A stretch of DNA of 32,000 nt from Dickeya dadantii NCPPB 898. Its GTDB lineage: Bacteria; Pseudomonadota; Gammaproteobacteria; Enterobacterales; Enterobacteriaceae. Below are positions 1-7,830 of this stretch, piece after piece. The stretch's first letter is position 1, and each line of letters begins with the position of its first letter. Below the pieces are notes generated by a model, which saw only the letters and a program-made list of their open reading frames with translations, made no database searches and was not told where the DNA came from. The position numbers and the translations under genes are program-made. The DNA lies in the NCBI RefSeq assembly GCF_000406145.1, contig NZ_CM001976.1, positions 4,609,545-4,641,544 on the forward strand. Direction: 5' to 3'.

Positions 1-70
1 AACAGATTCAAAACATCGAGTAACGATTCACGCGATCTCGCGTTGTCTCACTAAGTCTCGACAGGATAAA

Positions 71-104
71 AGGGCCATTGTAAATCATGGCCTTCTTTGT
101 TTTA
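71..104 (+). terminator. putative Rho-independent terminator next to the IS left end
   Basis: Stem AGGGCCAT (71-78) pairs with ATGGCCTT (87-94) around an 8-nt loop, followed by T-rich CTTTGTTTT. The gene it would terminate lies left of the window. Confidence 0.4.
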
Positions 105-165
105 TATAGTCTGACCTGCTCCCCGATGTTAGTAATGTCTTCATAAGCCACATGAGGACATCCCC

Positions 166-417
166 ATGAAGAAGCGTTTTTCCGACGCACAGATCATCAG
201 TACCCTCCGCGAAGCGGAAGCCGGGGTTTCTGTGAACTCTGCCGTAAGCACGCCATATCCGACGCCACGTTTTACAACTGGCGTAAGAAGTATGGAGGTG
301 CCCGAGGTTAAGCGCCTGAAGTCGCTTAAGGAAGAGAACGCTCGACTCAAGAAGTTGCTTGCAGAAGCCATGCTGGATAAGGAAGCCCTTCAGGTAGCCT
401 TTGGTCGAAAGTACTGA
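166..417 (+). pseudogene. IS3-family transposase OrfA with its HTH segment out of frame (two compensating indels)
   Basis: The N-terminus MKKRFSDAQII..REAEAG and the C-terminal leucine-zipper part MEVPEVKRLKSLKEENARLKKLLAEAMLDKEAL are typical IS3 OrfA. The conserved motif ELCRKHAISDATFYNWRKKYGG is encoded at 234-299 in a different frame from the annotated ORF. Confidence 0.6.
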
Positions 418-440
418 CGATAGACCTGAAGCGGGAAGCC

Positions 441-1277
441 GTGGTGTTGATGTGTGATGCGACCGGTCTGTCGCAACGTCGTGCATACGGGCTTACAGGT
501 TTGTACCTGTCGACCTGCCGCTATGAGGCGCAACGCGCGGCCGCTGGTGCGCATTTATCAGGACGTATCACTGAGCTGGCACTGGAGCGCAGGCGTTTTG
601 GCTACCGCCGGATATGGCAGCGGCTGCGCCGAGAAGGACTTCACGTTAATCACAAGCGCGTGTACCGCCTTTATCATCTCAACGGACTGGGCGTAAAACG
701 CAGACGACGTCGTAAAGGGCTGGCAACAGAACGTCTGCCGCTGCTCCGCCCGGCGGCCCCCAATCTGACCTGGTCGATGGATTTTGTCATGGACGCATTG
801 GCCATCGGTCGCAGAATCAAGTGTCTGACCTGCGTGGACGACTTTACGAAAGAGTGTCTGACGGTGATGACCGTTGCCTTTGGGGTTTCCGGCCTTCAGG
901 TAACGCGTATTCTGGGCAGTATTGCGTTGTTTCGTGGATATCCTGGGACGATAAGAACCGATCAGGTACCTGAATTTACCTGCCGGGCACTGGATCAGTG
1001 GGCCTTTGAACACGGAGTGAAACTGAGGCTAATCCAGCCGGGCAAACCAACACAGAACGGGTTGATAGAGAGCTTTAACGGCCGCTTTCGTGATGAATGT
1101 CTGAATGAGCACTGGTTCAGCGACACCATTCACGCCAGGAAAACCATTAATGACTGGCGGCAAGACTATAACGAGTGCAAGCCCCATTCGGCACTGAATT
1201 ATCAGACGCCATCAGAGTTTGCAGCAAGGTGGCGAAACAGCGAATTTGGAAGTAAACAAACCGACATTACTAACTGA
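441..1277 (+). CDS. IS3-family transposase OrfB (DDE/rve integrase core)
   Basis: It lies in the -1 frame relative to orfA, and that frame is open from 381, overlapping the orfA end. DDE candidates are WSMDF, IRTDQVPEF (usually RTDNGPEF) and ESFNGRFRDECLN. The tail ..KPHSALNYQTPSEF is typical of the family. Confidence 0.85.
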   Translation: MVLMCDATGLSQRRAYGLTGLYLSTCRYEAQRAAAGAHLSGRITELALERRRFGYRRIWQRLRREGLHVNHKRVYRLYHLNGLGVKRRRRRKGLATERLPLLRPAAPNLTWSMDFVMDALAIGRRIKCLTCVDDFTKECLTVMTVAFGVSGLQVTRILGSIALFRGYPGTIRTDQVPEFTCRALDQWAFEHGVKLRLIQPGKPTQNGLIESFNGRFRDECLNEHWFSDTIHARKTINDWRQDYNECKPHSALNYQTPSEFAARWRNSEFGSKQTDITN

Positions 1278-1472
1278 CGTTTGTATCTAATCCTGGGAGC
1301 AGGTCAGAATGTGTTTTTGGATGAAAAATCAGCATTATCGTAAAAAAAACGAAAATCAATAGATAAAAACATTTATGCCAACTTTTAGTAGCGTCGAACT
1401 GACTTAACAACCACATATAGTGTTTTTCTTCGATGTATAGGTGGCTATACAAAAAAACCGTGACGGGTCACG

Positions 1473-1500
1473 TTGACATAAAACCCACTTAGTGTAGATT
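1473..1500 (+). promoter_or_regulatory. putative sigma70 promoter of the abi gene
   Basis: TTGACA at 1473-1478, a 16-nt spacer, then TAGATT at 1495-1500. The palindrome CGTGAC-GG-GTCACG (1459-1472) abuts the -35 box. Confidence 0.3.
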
Positions 1501-1597
1501 TACTATCAACTGAGCCCGGTCCCCTGGCTTGATCCTATCTAGGTAGGTGAGAGTTATGGCCGGGCCTTCTTGTATCAGGAGGTAAGGAAACTTTTGA

Positions 1598-2548
1598 ATG
1601 GCTGATCCGGTGAAAGTTCATAAGGAATATGACGAACTAATCGATTTGCTACTTTCTCGAGGTATGGATATACCTGACCGTTATCATGCAATAAAGAAAA
1701 TCTCACAGGTTGGTTATTACCGGCTCTCTGGTTTTTGGTATCCATGCAGAATCCCTCACATAACTCCTGAAAATATTAGAACCCGGCTTGATCAGGTTCG
1801 TCCTGGGACAAATTTCCGGGCTGTATACGACCTCTATTTGTTCGATAAAAAATTACGTCTTCTAATAATGGATGCTTTGGAGCGGATCGAGGTTTATGTT
1901 CGTTCGGTGATCGCACATGAAATTGGGAAGATATCACCTCTCAGTTACTTGGATGATTCCCTAATCAATCCAAAGCACTTGAGTCCAAGTTCTGATAGGC
2001 GCTCTAAGTGGCTTACTAAACATTCAAATAAAATCTCTGAAAGTAGAGAAGATTTTATCAAGTGGCACGAAGGGAGATATGAAGGATTTCCATTCTGGGT
2101 GGTTATTGAGGTTTGGGATTTTGGCTTAATGTCGAAATATTATGCAATGCTAAAAGATAGCTATCGTAATAAAATACTATCTAGGCTAGGCATCCCTTCT
2201 GGGAATGGTGCTATATTCCAAAATTGGCTTAGTGCCATGAACGTCCTTAGAAATCGTTGCGCTCATCATTCTCGAATTTGGAACAAAGTTAATGAGCCAA
2301 AGATCATGCCATTGCCAAATCATCCTTATTTTAAACATTTGCATTTGAGTAATGACGCTTATGAAAGGATGTACGGAATGATCGCTATACTGTGGTTGTT
2401 AGTGAAAGAAATAGGCCCGGGCTCAAATTGGATTAGGGACATTGCTGATTTGATAGATACGAAACCACCCTTGCCTGGGTGTAATCTGACAGCGATGGGA
2501 TTCCCTGACAATGAAGGATTTCCTCGGTCCCTGTTTGGGATTGGCTGA
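1598..2548 (+). CDS. Abi_2 family (AbiD/AbiF-like) abortive-infection protein with a HEPN-type RNase motif
   Basis: Family hallmarks are GYYRLSGFWYP near the N-terminus and LRNRCAHHSRIWN (R-x4-H HEPN motif). RBS AGGAGG at 1578-1583. The gene has lower GC than its surroundings. Confidence 0.85.
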   Translation: MADPVKVHKEYDELIDLLLSRGMDIPDRYHAIKKISQVGYYRLSGFWYPCRIPHITPENIRTRLDQVRPGTNFRAVYDLYLFDKKLRLLIMDALERIEVYVRSVIAHEIGKISPLSYLDDSLINPKHLSPSSDRRSKWLTKHSNKISESREDFIKWHEGRYEGFPFWVVIEVWDFGLMSKYYAMLKDSYRNKILSRLGIPSGNGAIFQNWLSAMNVLRNRCAHHSRIWNKVNEPKIMPLPNHPYFKHLHLSNDAYERMYGMIAILWLLVKEIGPGSNWIRDIADLIDTKPPLPGCNLTAMGFPDNEGFPRSLFGIG

Positions 2549-2837
2549 ATAATTCTATTATCGTGCAGGCAATCTGGTCTGTATTGTCTCTCTTAGCACC
2601 GCCACATGTAGTCGTTTTTCATGGTGGCTTTGTTGATCCAGATTCTCCCCTACTGAAACAACAGGGGAAGATCAAAAAACGACCACACTCAGACGATACC
2701 TTAAATTATCGTGTACACATGGGTGTACCCGTAGAAAAAACGCATTAACAAGAATCCAGCAACCACGCGTTATAGAGCCACCTACTCAATAAACAGATTC
2801 AATCGAGTAATTTCCACCCTGTTCCACAGACTGCCAC

Positions 2838-2864
2838 AACGCCCTGCTTTCAGGGCGTTTTTGT
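2838..2864 (+). terminator. Rho-independent terminator
   Basis: Stem AACGCCCTG (2838-2846), loop CTTT, stem CAGGGCGTT (2851-2859), running into a TTTTTGTT tract. Confidence 0.55.
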
Positions 2865-2925
2865 TGCTTATTACGCTCCGTTTTCCGCCTGATCGCATCG
2901 GCACTAAACAGCAACTCCGACCATA

Positions 2926-2942
2926 ACTACGATAATCGTAGT
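2926..2942. promoter_or_regulatory. operator copy 1: ACTACGATAATCGTAGT (perfect 8-1-8 palindrome)
   Basis: One of four copies of ACTACG-N5-CGTAGT. It lies upstream of XRE paralog 1. Confidence 0.6.
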
Positions 2943-2959
2943 ATCTAAAACCCATCATG

Positions 2960-2976
2960 ACTACGAATATCGTAGC
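2960..2976. promoter_or_regulatory. operator copy 2: ACTACGAATATCGTAGC
   Basis: Same motif, 34 bp centre-to-centre from copy 1, immediately upstream of the likely ATG at 2978. Confidence 0.55.
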
Positions 2977-2977
2977 T

Positions 2978-3310
2978 ATGAACACCCGTCAGAAACGCCA
3001 TGATATTTTCAGTCAACGCCTCAAGGATGCTCGCTTACTGCGTGGGCTGTCCCAGAAAGGGCTGGGTATCGCTGCCGGAATAGATGAGTTTGTTGCCAGT
3101 GCACGCATTAATCGCTACGAAAAGGGTGTGCATGAAGCGAATATCGTGACGGCGAAGCGCCTCGCAGAAGCGCTCAATGTCCCTCTGGCTTATTTCTACG
3201 CTGACGATGACAATCTGGCAAAAATGATCCTACTGTTCGCCGACTTGCCCAGAGAACAGCAAGCCAGGTTGCTTGCATCGTTAGACAATAACCAACCCGA
3301 GACAAAGTAA
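2978..3310 (+). CDS. XRE-family HTH transcriptional regulator (paralog 1)
   Basis: HTH region LSQKGLGIAAGIDEFVASARINRYEKGVHEA. The start at 2978 (MNTRQKRHDIF..) is preferred over the ORF-track start 2957 because it aligns with paralog 2 (MKSRPNYHDVF..) and leaves operator copy 2 outside the coding region. Confidence 0.8.
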   Translation: MNTRQKRHDIFSQRLKDARLLRGLSQKGLGIAAGIDEFVASARINRYEKGVHEANIVTAKRLAEALNVPLAYFYADDDNLAKMILLFADLPREQQARLLASLDNNQPETK

Positions 3311-3317
3311 AACTCGC

Positions 3318-3575
3318 TTAACGCGACTTCGCTCTTATCCTGATTTTACGATCAATCAATTCACCACTCCGATCGTAATATCGACTCGGCCATATTTCGG
3401 CCGGATGAATCCCCAATGCTTCCGCAATCAGCCATTCACCTTTGGGCCAGGGCCTGACCAATGCATTCGCCAATGTTGATGCACTCAAACCGGCAGAACG
3501 GGAAAGCGCTGCCATTGAGGTACGTTGCTTGTGTAAAGCAGCAATAATGTCCGCCTGATGCCAATCCTTTTTCAT
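3318..3575 (-). CDS. Ner/Nlp (SfsB-like) family DNA-binding protein
   Basis: DWHQADIIAALHKQRTSMAALSRSAGLSASTLANALVRPWPKGEWLIAEALGIHPAEIWPSRYY closely matches the Mu Ner / E. coli Nlp family signature. Confidence 0.9.
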   Translation of the reverse strand: MKKDWHQADIIAALHKQRTSMAALSRSAGLSASTLANALVRPWPKGEWLIAEALGIHPAEIWPSRYYDRSGELIDRKIRIRAKSR

Positions 3576-3620
3576 CCAGCCTCCTAACTCGTCACTGTTA
3601 AAGGAACAGACACAGCAAAT

Positions 3621-3637
3621 ACTACGTTATTCGTAGT
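3621..3637. promoter_or_regulatory. operator copy 3: ACTACGTTATTCGTAGT
   Basis: Same motif, in the divergent intergenic region between the ner-like gene and XRE paralog 2. Confidence 0.6.
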
Positions 3638-3654
3638 ATCTCACTCAAGAAAAA

Positions 3655-3671
3655 ACTACGATTCTCGTAGT
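3655..3671. promoter_or_regulatory. operator copy 4: ACTACGATTCTCGTAGT
   Basis: Same motif, 34 bp centre-to-centre from copy 3, ending 2 nt before the ATG at 3673. Confidence 0.6.
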
Positions 3672-3672
3672 C

Positions 3673-3993
3673 ATGAAATCAAGACCAAACTACCATGACG
3701 TTTTCTGTCAACGACTTAAGCAAGCCCGGCTTGCGAAAGGCCTGTCACAGAAAAAACTCGGCATCGCCGCCGGAATCGATGAATTTGTGGCAAGCACCCG
3801 CATTAACCGATATGAAAAGGGCGTGCACGAAGCCAGTATTGATACTGCTCAACAACTCGCGAACGCGCTCGACGTCCCGCTGGCATTCTTTTACACCGCT
3901 GATGATGAACTGGCCGAATTGATGCTAGCGTTTTTGAGGCTGTCACCAGAGAAACGGGCAGAGATTTTGACATTAGTGAAAACGGTTGGGTAG
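3673..3993 (+). CDS. XRE-family HTH transcriptional regulator (paralog 2)
   Basis: The HTH (LSQKKLGIAAGIDEFVASTRINRYEKGVHEA) is near-identical to paralog 1. It is divergent from the ner-like gene. Confidence 0.85.
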   Translation: MKSRPNYHDVFCQRLKQARLAKGLSQKKLGIAAGIDEFVASTRINRYEKGVHEASIDTAQQLANALDVPLAFFYTADDELAELMLAFLRLSPEKRAEILTLVKTVG

Positions 3994-4181
3994 TAAATCA
4001 GTGCTCATTTTTTCTACACTGACAGAGATAGGATCACACTTATCACCAGCTATTCAGGAACCTCAGCCCGCGCGGCAATCATCTGGCATGATCCATAGAT
4101 AAGGGGTATGTTAGCCGCTTGCATTCAGGAAGAAACCGTTAGCGATCAGGCCGATCGCATTGGCGGTGCAAGGGAGAAAAA

Positions 4182-6482
4182 ATGGATACGTGTTATCCGA
4201 TACGAAAAGCGGATGGAAAGGATTACGACAGCCTGGAGACGTTACTGAACGTTTTGCGGCACGAACCCGATGGCTGGTGGCTGGCCAGCAGTAACCGACA
4301 GTGGCATGGCGGCATCCACATCAGCCGCCGGAGTGCCCCGGAATCAGTACTGACTTCAATCAACGCCGACAAGGCGGTTCCACTTCAGTGTATCGCCAGC
4401 GGAAACGTGGTGGCATGGCGCATCAATAAAAACTACTGCACCGCGCCGTATGACAAATATCAACTGCGCTATTCCAGCACATTTCTGCTGGTGCGTTCGG
4501 AACATAAGCCTAATCCGGACGACCAGAGCACGTGGTTGACGTTTTACACGCTGTATATGCACCTCGCTCCTGTTTCTGCCTACCCGGTGCTGATGAATTG
4601 TTATCGTGTCAAGCCCAATGTAAATAGCTTACCGACAAACGAATACAACGGCCGGGAAATCAGCGGGCAAAAATTGCCTAAAGCGGGAAATATCACACTC
4701 AAAGAAAATGATTTACTGGTGGTGTCAAAGCAGGAAACATTCAAAGTAGAACGTGAAACTAGTAATGATGTTTTCGGGCTGGCACAGCGCCTGAAAGACG
4801 GGAAAGTGAGCGAAGAAAAATTCTGGGTTTCTCTGCAAGATAAATTTGTCGAACAAACTGCCCCTCGCTATCACCGTATGCCGGAATGGATGACCAAAGC
4901 CGTTGAGCAGGGGAAATATGACACGGTGATCATCCCCGAAGAGACATTTGCGATCAACGCCGGAGACGCGATCGGCTTTTTAGCAGAAGATAACGCTCCC
5001 GACAAATCTGATTCCAATCGTGTGGAGGTAGACTTTTATTCGCACATTGAAGTCATCAGCGTTGATACCAATATGCCCGGTTTTCTCTCTAATCCCAAGG
5101 GGATTAAAACCGGTCGGGCTTTTGTGAAGATAAAAGAAGGAAAGCCGTTATATCAGAGATCCGGTGAAGGTGCCGAAACAACATTCACACCAACAAATGA
5201 TATGACCAAAGGCATGAATGCCGGAAGAATTCTACCTCGCGATAAGACCAACCAGATAGAAGCGCAGGGTACAACGTGGTTTCAAATCACAGCTGATAAC
5301 TGGATTAAATGCGAAGATGTGGACGAGTTAAGCCAACATGACTTATCTAAGCTGGGATTTACTGCGCTGGAAGAAGCATCGACGGACGATTTCGGTTCCC
5401 TGCTAAAAGAAAACTTTCTAAAAGGCATCTTTGACTGGGTATCACAATCCATTCGGGGAGATACCGAGTTTGAATGCCAACAGGGATCCGAGACGTATAA
5501 AAAGCTGGTGAAAGTCATCGACCAGAACAATGACGGTAATTTATCACAATACGAACTGGCTGCGTTTGAGAGACGTATCTTCGAAGGGCTGCATTCGGGA
5601 GAGAATAATGCACCTGAGCTGGTACGTCGGCTGATAGTCAAACATGATAGTGAATGGTTTGGCGACAGCAAGCATAAACACTGGCAGTCTTTTCTTAATA
5701 ACGATAGCTACCCGAAAATGATGCCGTATCTGAAAAAATGGCGAGATGATATGGCATGGATGAGTGAAGTACCTGAGTTTAAATCGGGTAAGCCTGTTTG
5801 GCATTTCCATCCGGTGGAGTTCATTGACATGTTAAACGATGATGACATGTCTCTGAAATGGCTAAAAGTTCCGAAAGGACAGTTAACATTTGATGTTGAG
5901 GGTAATGATGACGAAAAAAGCCCTTGGTTTAGCAGAATCGCTCATTGGCCAGGAAGCGCATCGGGTGTGACTATTGGTCGAGGATATGATTTAGGTCAAC
6001 AGATTACTGCTAATACCGATTTAACTCAGACAAGAATTGGTGAGCCTCTAAAGACATGGTTAATTGAATCTCAAGGATTGTCTTCGTCAAATGCGCAGAA
6101 TAGATTAATGTCAGCCAGCAGAAATATTCGTACATTTCAAATCACAAGAAAACAACAATATGAAATATTTATGATCTCATATCAACGATTGGAGAATGAT
6201 GTAAAGAAAATATGTCAGAAGGAAGAAGCCATTCGTAGATATCATCCAAACTCTAATGCCACACCAGAGCAAGCATGGAACGATATACCAGAAAAAATAA
6301 AAGAATTACTTGTAGATCTACGCTACCGTGGAGATTATACTCCCAGTACCCGCGTTCACTTACAGCATGCCGCATACTCTGGTGACATTAATACTTTTGG
6401 TCGAATTTTATCTAATAGAGCATATTGGCTAAACGTACCAGATGATAGATTCAAAAAGAGGGTAAAATATTATGAAAGTTAA
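4182..6482 (+). CDS. 766-aa putative antibacterial peptidoglycan-hydrolase toxin: split M23/LytM-like N-terminal domain, EF-hand loop, C-terminal pesticin/T4-lysozyme-like domain
   Basis: RBS AGGGAG upstream. M23-like strings are WHGGIHIS, ..FYTLYMHL.. and later INAGDAIGFLAED...DFYSHIEV. A canonical EF-hand loop DQNNDGNLSQYE sits at 5520-5555. The C-terminal LTFDVEGND...WPGSASGVTIGRGYDLGQQ ... LVDLRYRGDY resembles lysozyme-like toxin domains (catalytic Glu candidate at 5898-5900). Confidence 0.75.
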   Translation: MDTCYPIRKADGKDYDSLETLLNVLRHEPDGWWLASSNRQWHGGIHISRRSAPESVLTSINADKAVPLQCIASGNVVAWRINKNYCTAPYDKYQLRYSSTFLLVRSEHKPNPDDQSTWLTFYTLYMHLAPVSAYPVLMNCYRVKPNVNSLPTNEYNGREISGQKLPKAGNITLKENDLLVVSKQETFKVERETSNDVFGLAQRLKDGKVSEEKFWVSLQDKFVEQTAPRYHRMPEWMTKAVEQGKYDTVIIPEETFAINAGDAIGFLAEDNAPDKSDSNRVEVDFYSHIEVISVDTNMPGFLSNPKGIKTGRAFVKIKEGKPLYQRSGEGAETTFTPTNDMTKGMNAGRILPRDKTNQIEAQGTTWFQITADNWIKCEDVDELSQHDLSKLGFTALEEASTDDFGSLLKENFLKGIFDWVSQSIRGDTEFECQQGSETYKKLVKVIDQNNDGNLSQYELAAFERRIFEGLHSGENNAPELVRRLIVKHDSEWFGDSKHKHWQSFLNNDSYPKMMPYLKKWRDDMAWMSEVPEFKSGKPVWHFHPVEFIDMLNDDDMSLKWLKVPKGQLTFDVEGNDDEKSPWFSRIAHWPGSASGVTIGRGYDLGQQITANTDLTQTRIGEPLKTWLIESQGLSSSNAQNRLMSASRNIRTFQITRKQQYEIFMISYQRLENDVKKICQKEEAIRRYHPNSNATPEQAWNDIPEKIKELLVDLRYRGDYTPSTRVHLQHAAYSGDINTFGRILSNRAYWLNVPDDRFKKRVKYYES

Positions 6483-6828
6483 ACATTTAACATATTTCTT
6501 ATCAGTTATTTTCGCAACTCAGTGCTTTGCAGCCTTTTCTGAAAAGGAAAGCAATGAATTGGGAAGAATAAACACTGAATCCCAAAACGATAAAATAACC
6601 ACCATAAAAAACTTGGATCAGGCTATCAAAAAAGCCATTGAAGATAACCCAGAAAAGAAAAGATTAATTTTGGAGCTGAGAAAATCTTGGGATTTAACAA
6701 TAGAAAAAAAATGCCAGTTTGAAATTTCTGAATCTAAAGGAACAGATGCAGAAACCACTAAGATGAACAATTGCCTCGTCGAAAATTACCTGGATGAAAT
6801 AAAGTACTTTGACAGTATACTTCCCTAA
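6472..6828 (+). CDS. secreted DUF1311/LprI-like protein, candidate immunity (lysozyme-inhibitor type) for the upstream toxin
   Basis: Its start overlaps the toxin stop by 11 nt. Signal peptide MKVKHLTYFLSVIFATQCFA. The pattern W-x8-C ... G-x10-C-L-x3 (LRKSWDLTIEKKCQFEISESKGTDAETTKMNNCLVENYL) is typical of DUF1311. GC is about 30%. Confidence 0.65.
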   Translation: MKVKHLTYFLSVIFATQCFAAFSEKESNELGRINTESQNDKITTIKNLDQAIKKAIEDNPEKKRLILELRKSWDLTIEKKCQFEISESKGTDAETTKMNNCLVENYLDEIKYFDSILP

Positions 6829-6900
6829 TTTAAGATTAACAAAATAATAAAAATTAGTCAGCACCAGTATAAACGCATTTAAGTATTGAGGATACCAATC

Positions 6901-7830
6901 ATGAAAATAAAAGCAGCATGCTTATTATGCTTACTAATCAATAATGCAACAATAGCTGACGAATCGAACATTACTTACGGCTACGATAAAAATAAAGGAG
7001 AAATCTATGCAGTAAGTGGGAAGGAAAAAGGAGTTTTAAGTTTTGAAGAGAGTTATACCGGTAATCCTGCTGTTTCGTTTGGATTCTTTAATAATCAACC
7101 ATCAATTATTGTTTCAGCCCGTTCTTTGCATGACTATACCGCTTATATGACATTGCAATTTAAAAACGGTAATTTTTATGCAGACTGTCTATATGTCGAT
7201 ATAAAAAGCAAACAAAACGGTGTTGCTTCGAAAGAAGGCTTGTGCGGGTTAAACACACCGGTTTCAGATGATTATATTGAACTTGTTGAAAAACAAATTA
7301 ATGATGTATCAAATAATATTGACACGGTAGATACATCCTATTTTTTAAATGGAAAAACAACTTACATTCCATTAACTCTCTTTCGTGGGAAAGATAGTTT
7401 AATTTATAAAATATATAAAAATAAAAGTGCCATGCTAAACGATGAATACCAAATATTATTCACTGATAAACATGGGCAATGCCAGTCATACAATAAAAAT
7501 ACGTGGCTAGAATATAACTCAAAAGCTGCGGACAATGCCCATATCAAAGCAGAAAAAAATAAGGATGATCAAATATCATTGATACCTATCGTGGTAGAAG
7601 ATGAAAAAAAATCTAATGATTGTGAAAAATACCCAACATTTAAGGTAAAATCAGATAAATCTTTTTTCTATGATGAAAACAAAAACCCCAAAAACTCTTA
7701 CCTAATAAAAGGGGATGATATTACCTTACTGTCAATTAAGGATGATGATAAATGGTGTCGAGTCAGGTATGTTTCAGAAAAGAACAAAAATACAGATGGT
7801 AATATGCTCTGTTCAACATTGAAACTATAG
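6901..7830 (+). CDS. secreted protein of unknown function (possible second immunity or accessory protein), with an SH3-like C-terminus
   Basis: ATG at 6901 with GAGGA RBS (6888-6892) is preferred over TTG at 6886. Signal peptide MKIKAACLLCLLINNATIA. Very AT-rich. The C-terminal ..LIKGDDITLLSIKDDDKWCRVRYV.. looks SH3b-like. Confidence 0.6.
   Translation: MKIKAACLLCLLINNATIADESNITYGYDKNKGEIYAVSGKEKGVLSFEESYTGNPAVSFGFFNNQPSIIVSARSLHDYTAYMTLQFKNGNFYADCLYVDIKSKQNGVASKEGLCGLNTPVSDDYIELVEKQINDVSNNIDTVDTSYFLNGKTTYIPLTLFRGKDSLIYKIYKNKSAMLNDEYQILFTDKHGQCQSYNKNTWLEYNSKAADNAHIKAEKNKDDQISLIPIVVEDEKKSNDCEKYPTFKVKSDKSFFYDENKNPKNSYLIKGDDITLLSIKDDDKWCRVRYVSEKNKNTDGNMLCSTLKL

Larger units (their letters stand above)
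112..1306 (+). mobile_element. IS3-family insertion sequence (IS407-like group), about 1.2 kb, probably defective
   Basis: Terminal inverted repeats: TGACCTGCTCCC at 112-123 and its exact reverse complement GGGAGCAGGTCA at 1295-1306. Two overlapping ORFs sit in 0/-1 frames (orfA/orfB). DDE integrase motifs are present in orfB. The 4 bp flanking each end (AGTC / GAAT) do not match. Confidence 0.85.

Noticed and set aside
8-486. Minus-strand ORFs 8-190, 85-486 and 141-371
   Set aside because: They are antisense to the IS orfA or span the IS end and the terminator. They have no supporting features.
108-1310. Target-site duplication of the IS element
   Set aside because: The flanks are AGTC on the left and GAAT on the right. 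No direct repeat of 3-4 bp is visible, so none is reported.
2563-2985. ORFs 2563-2748 (+) and 2782-2985 (-)
   Set aside because: They have no RBS and no recognisable motifs. They span a terminator and the operator region, so they are probably non-coding.
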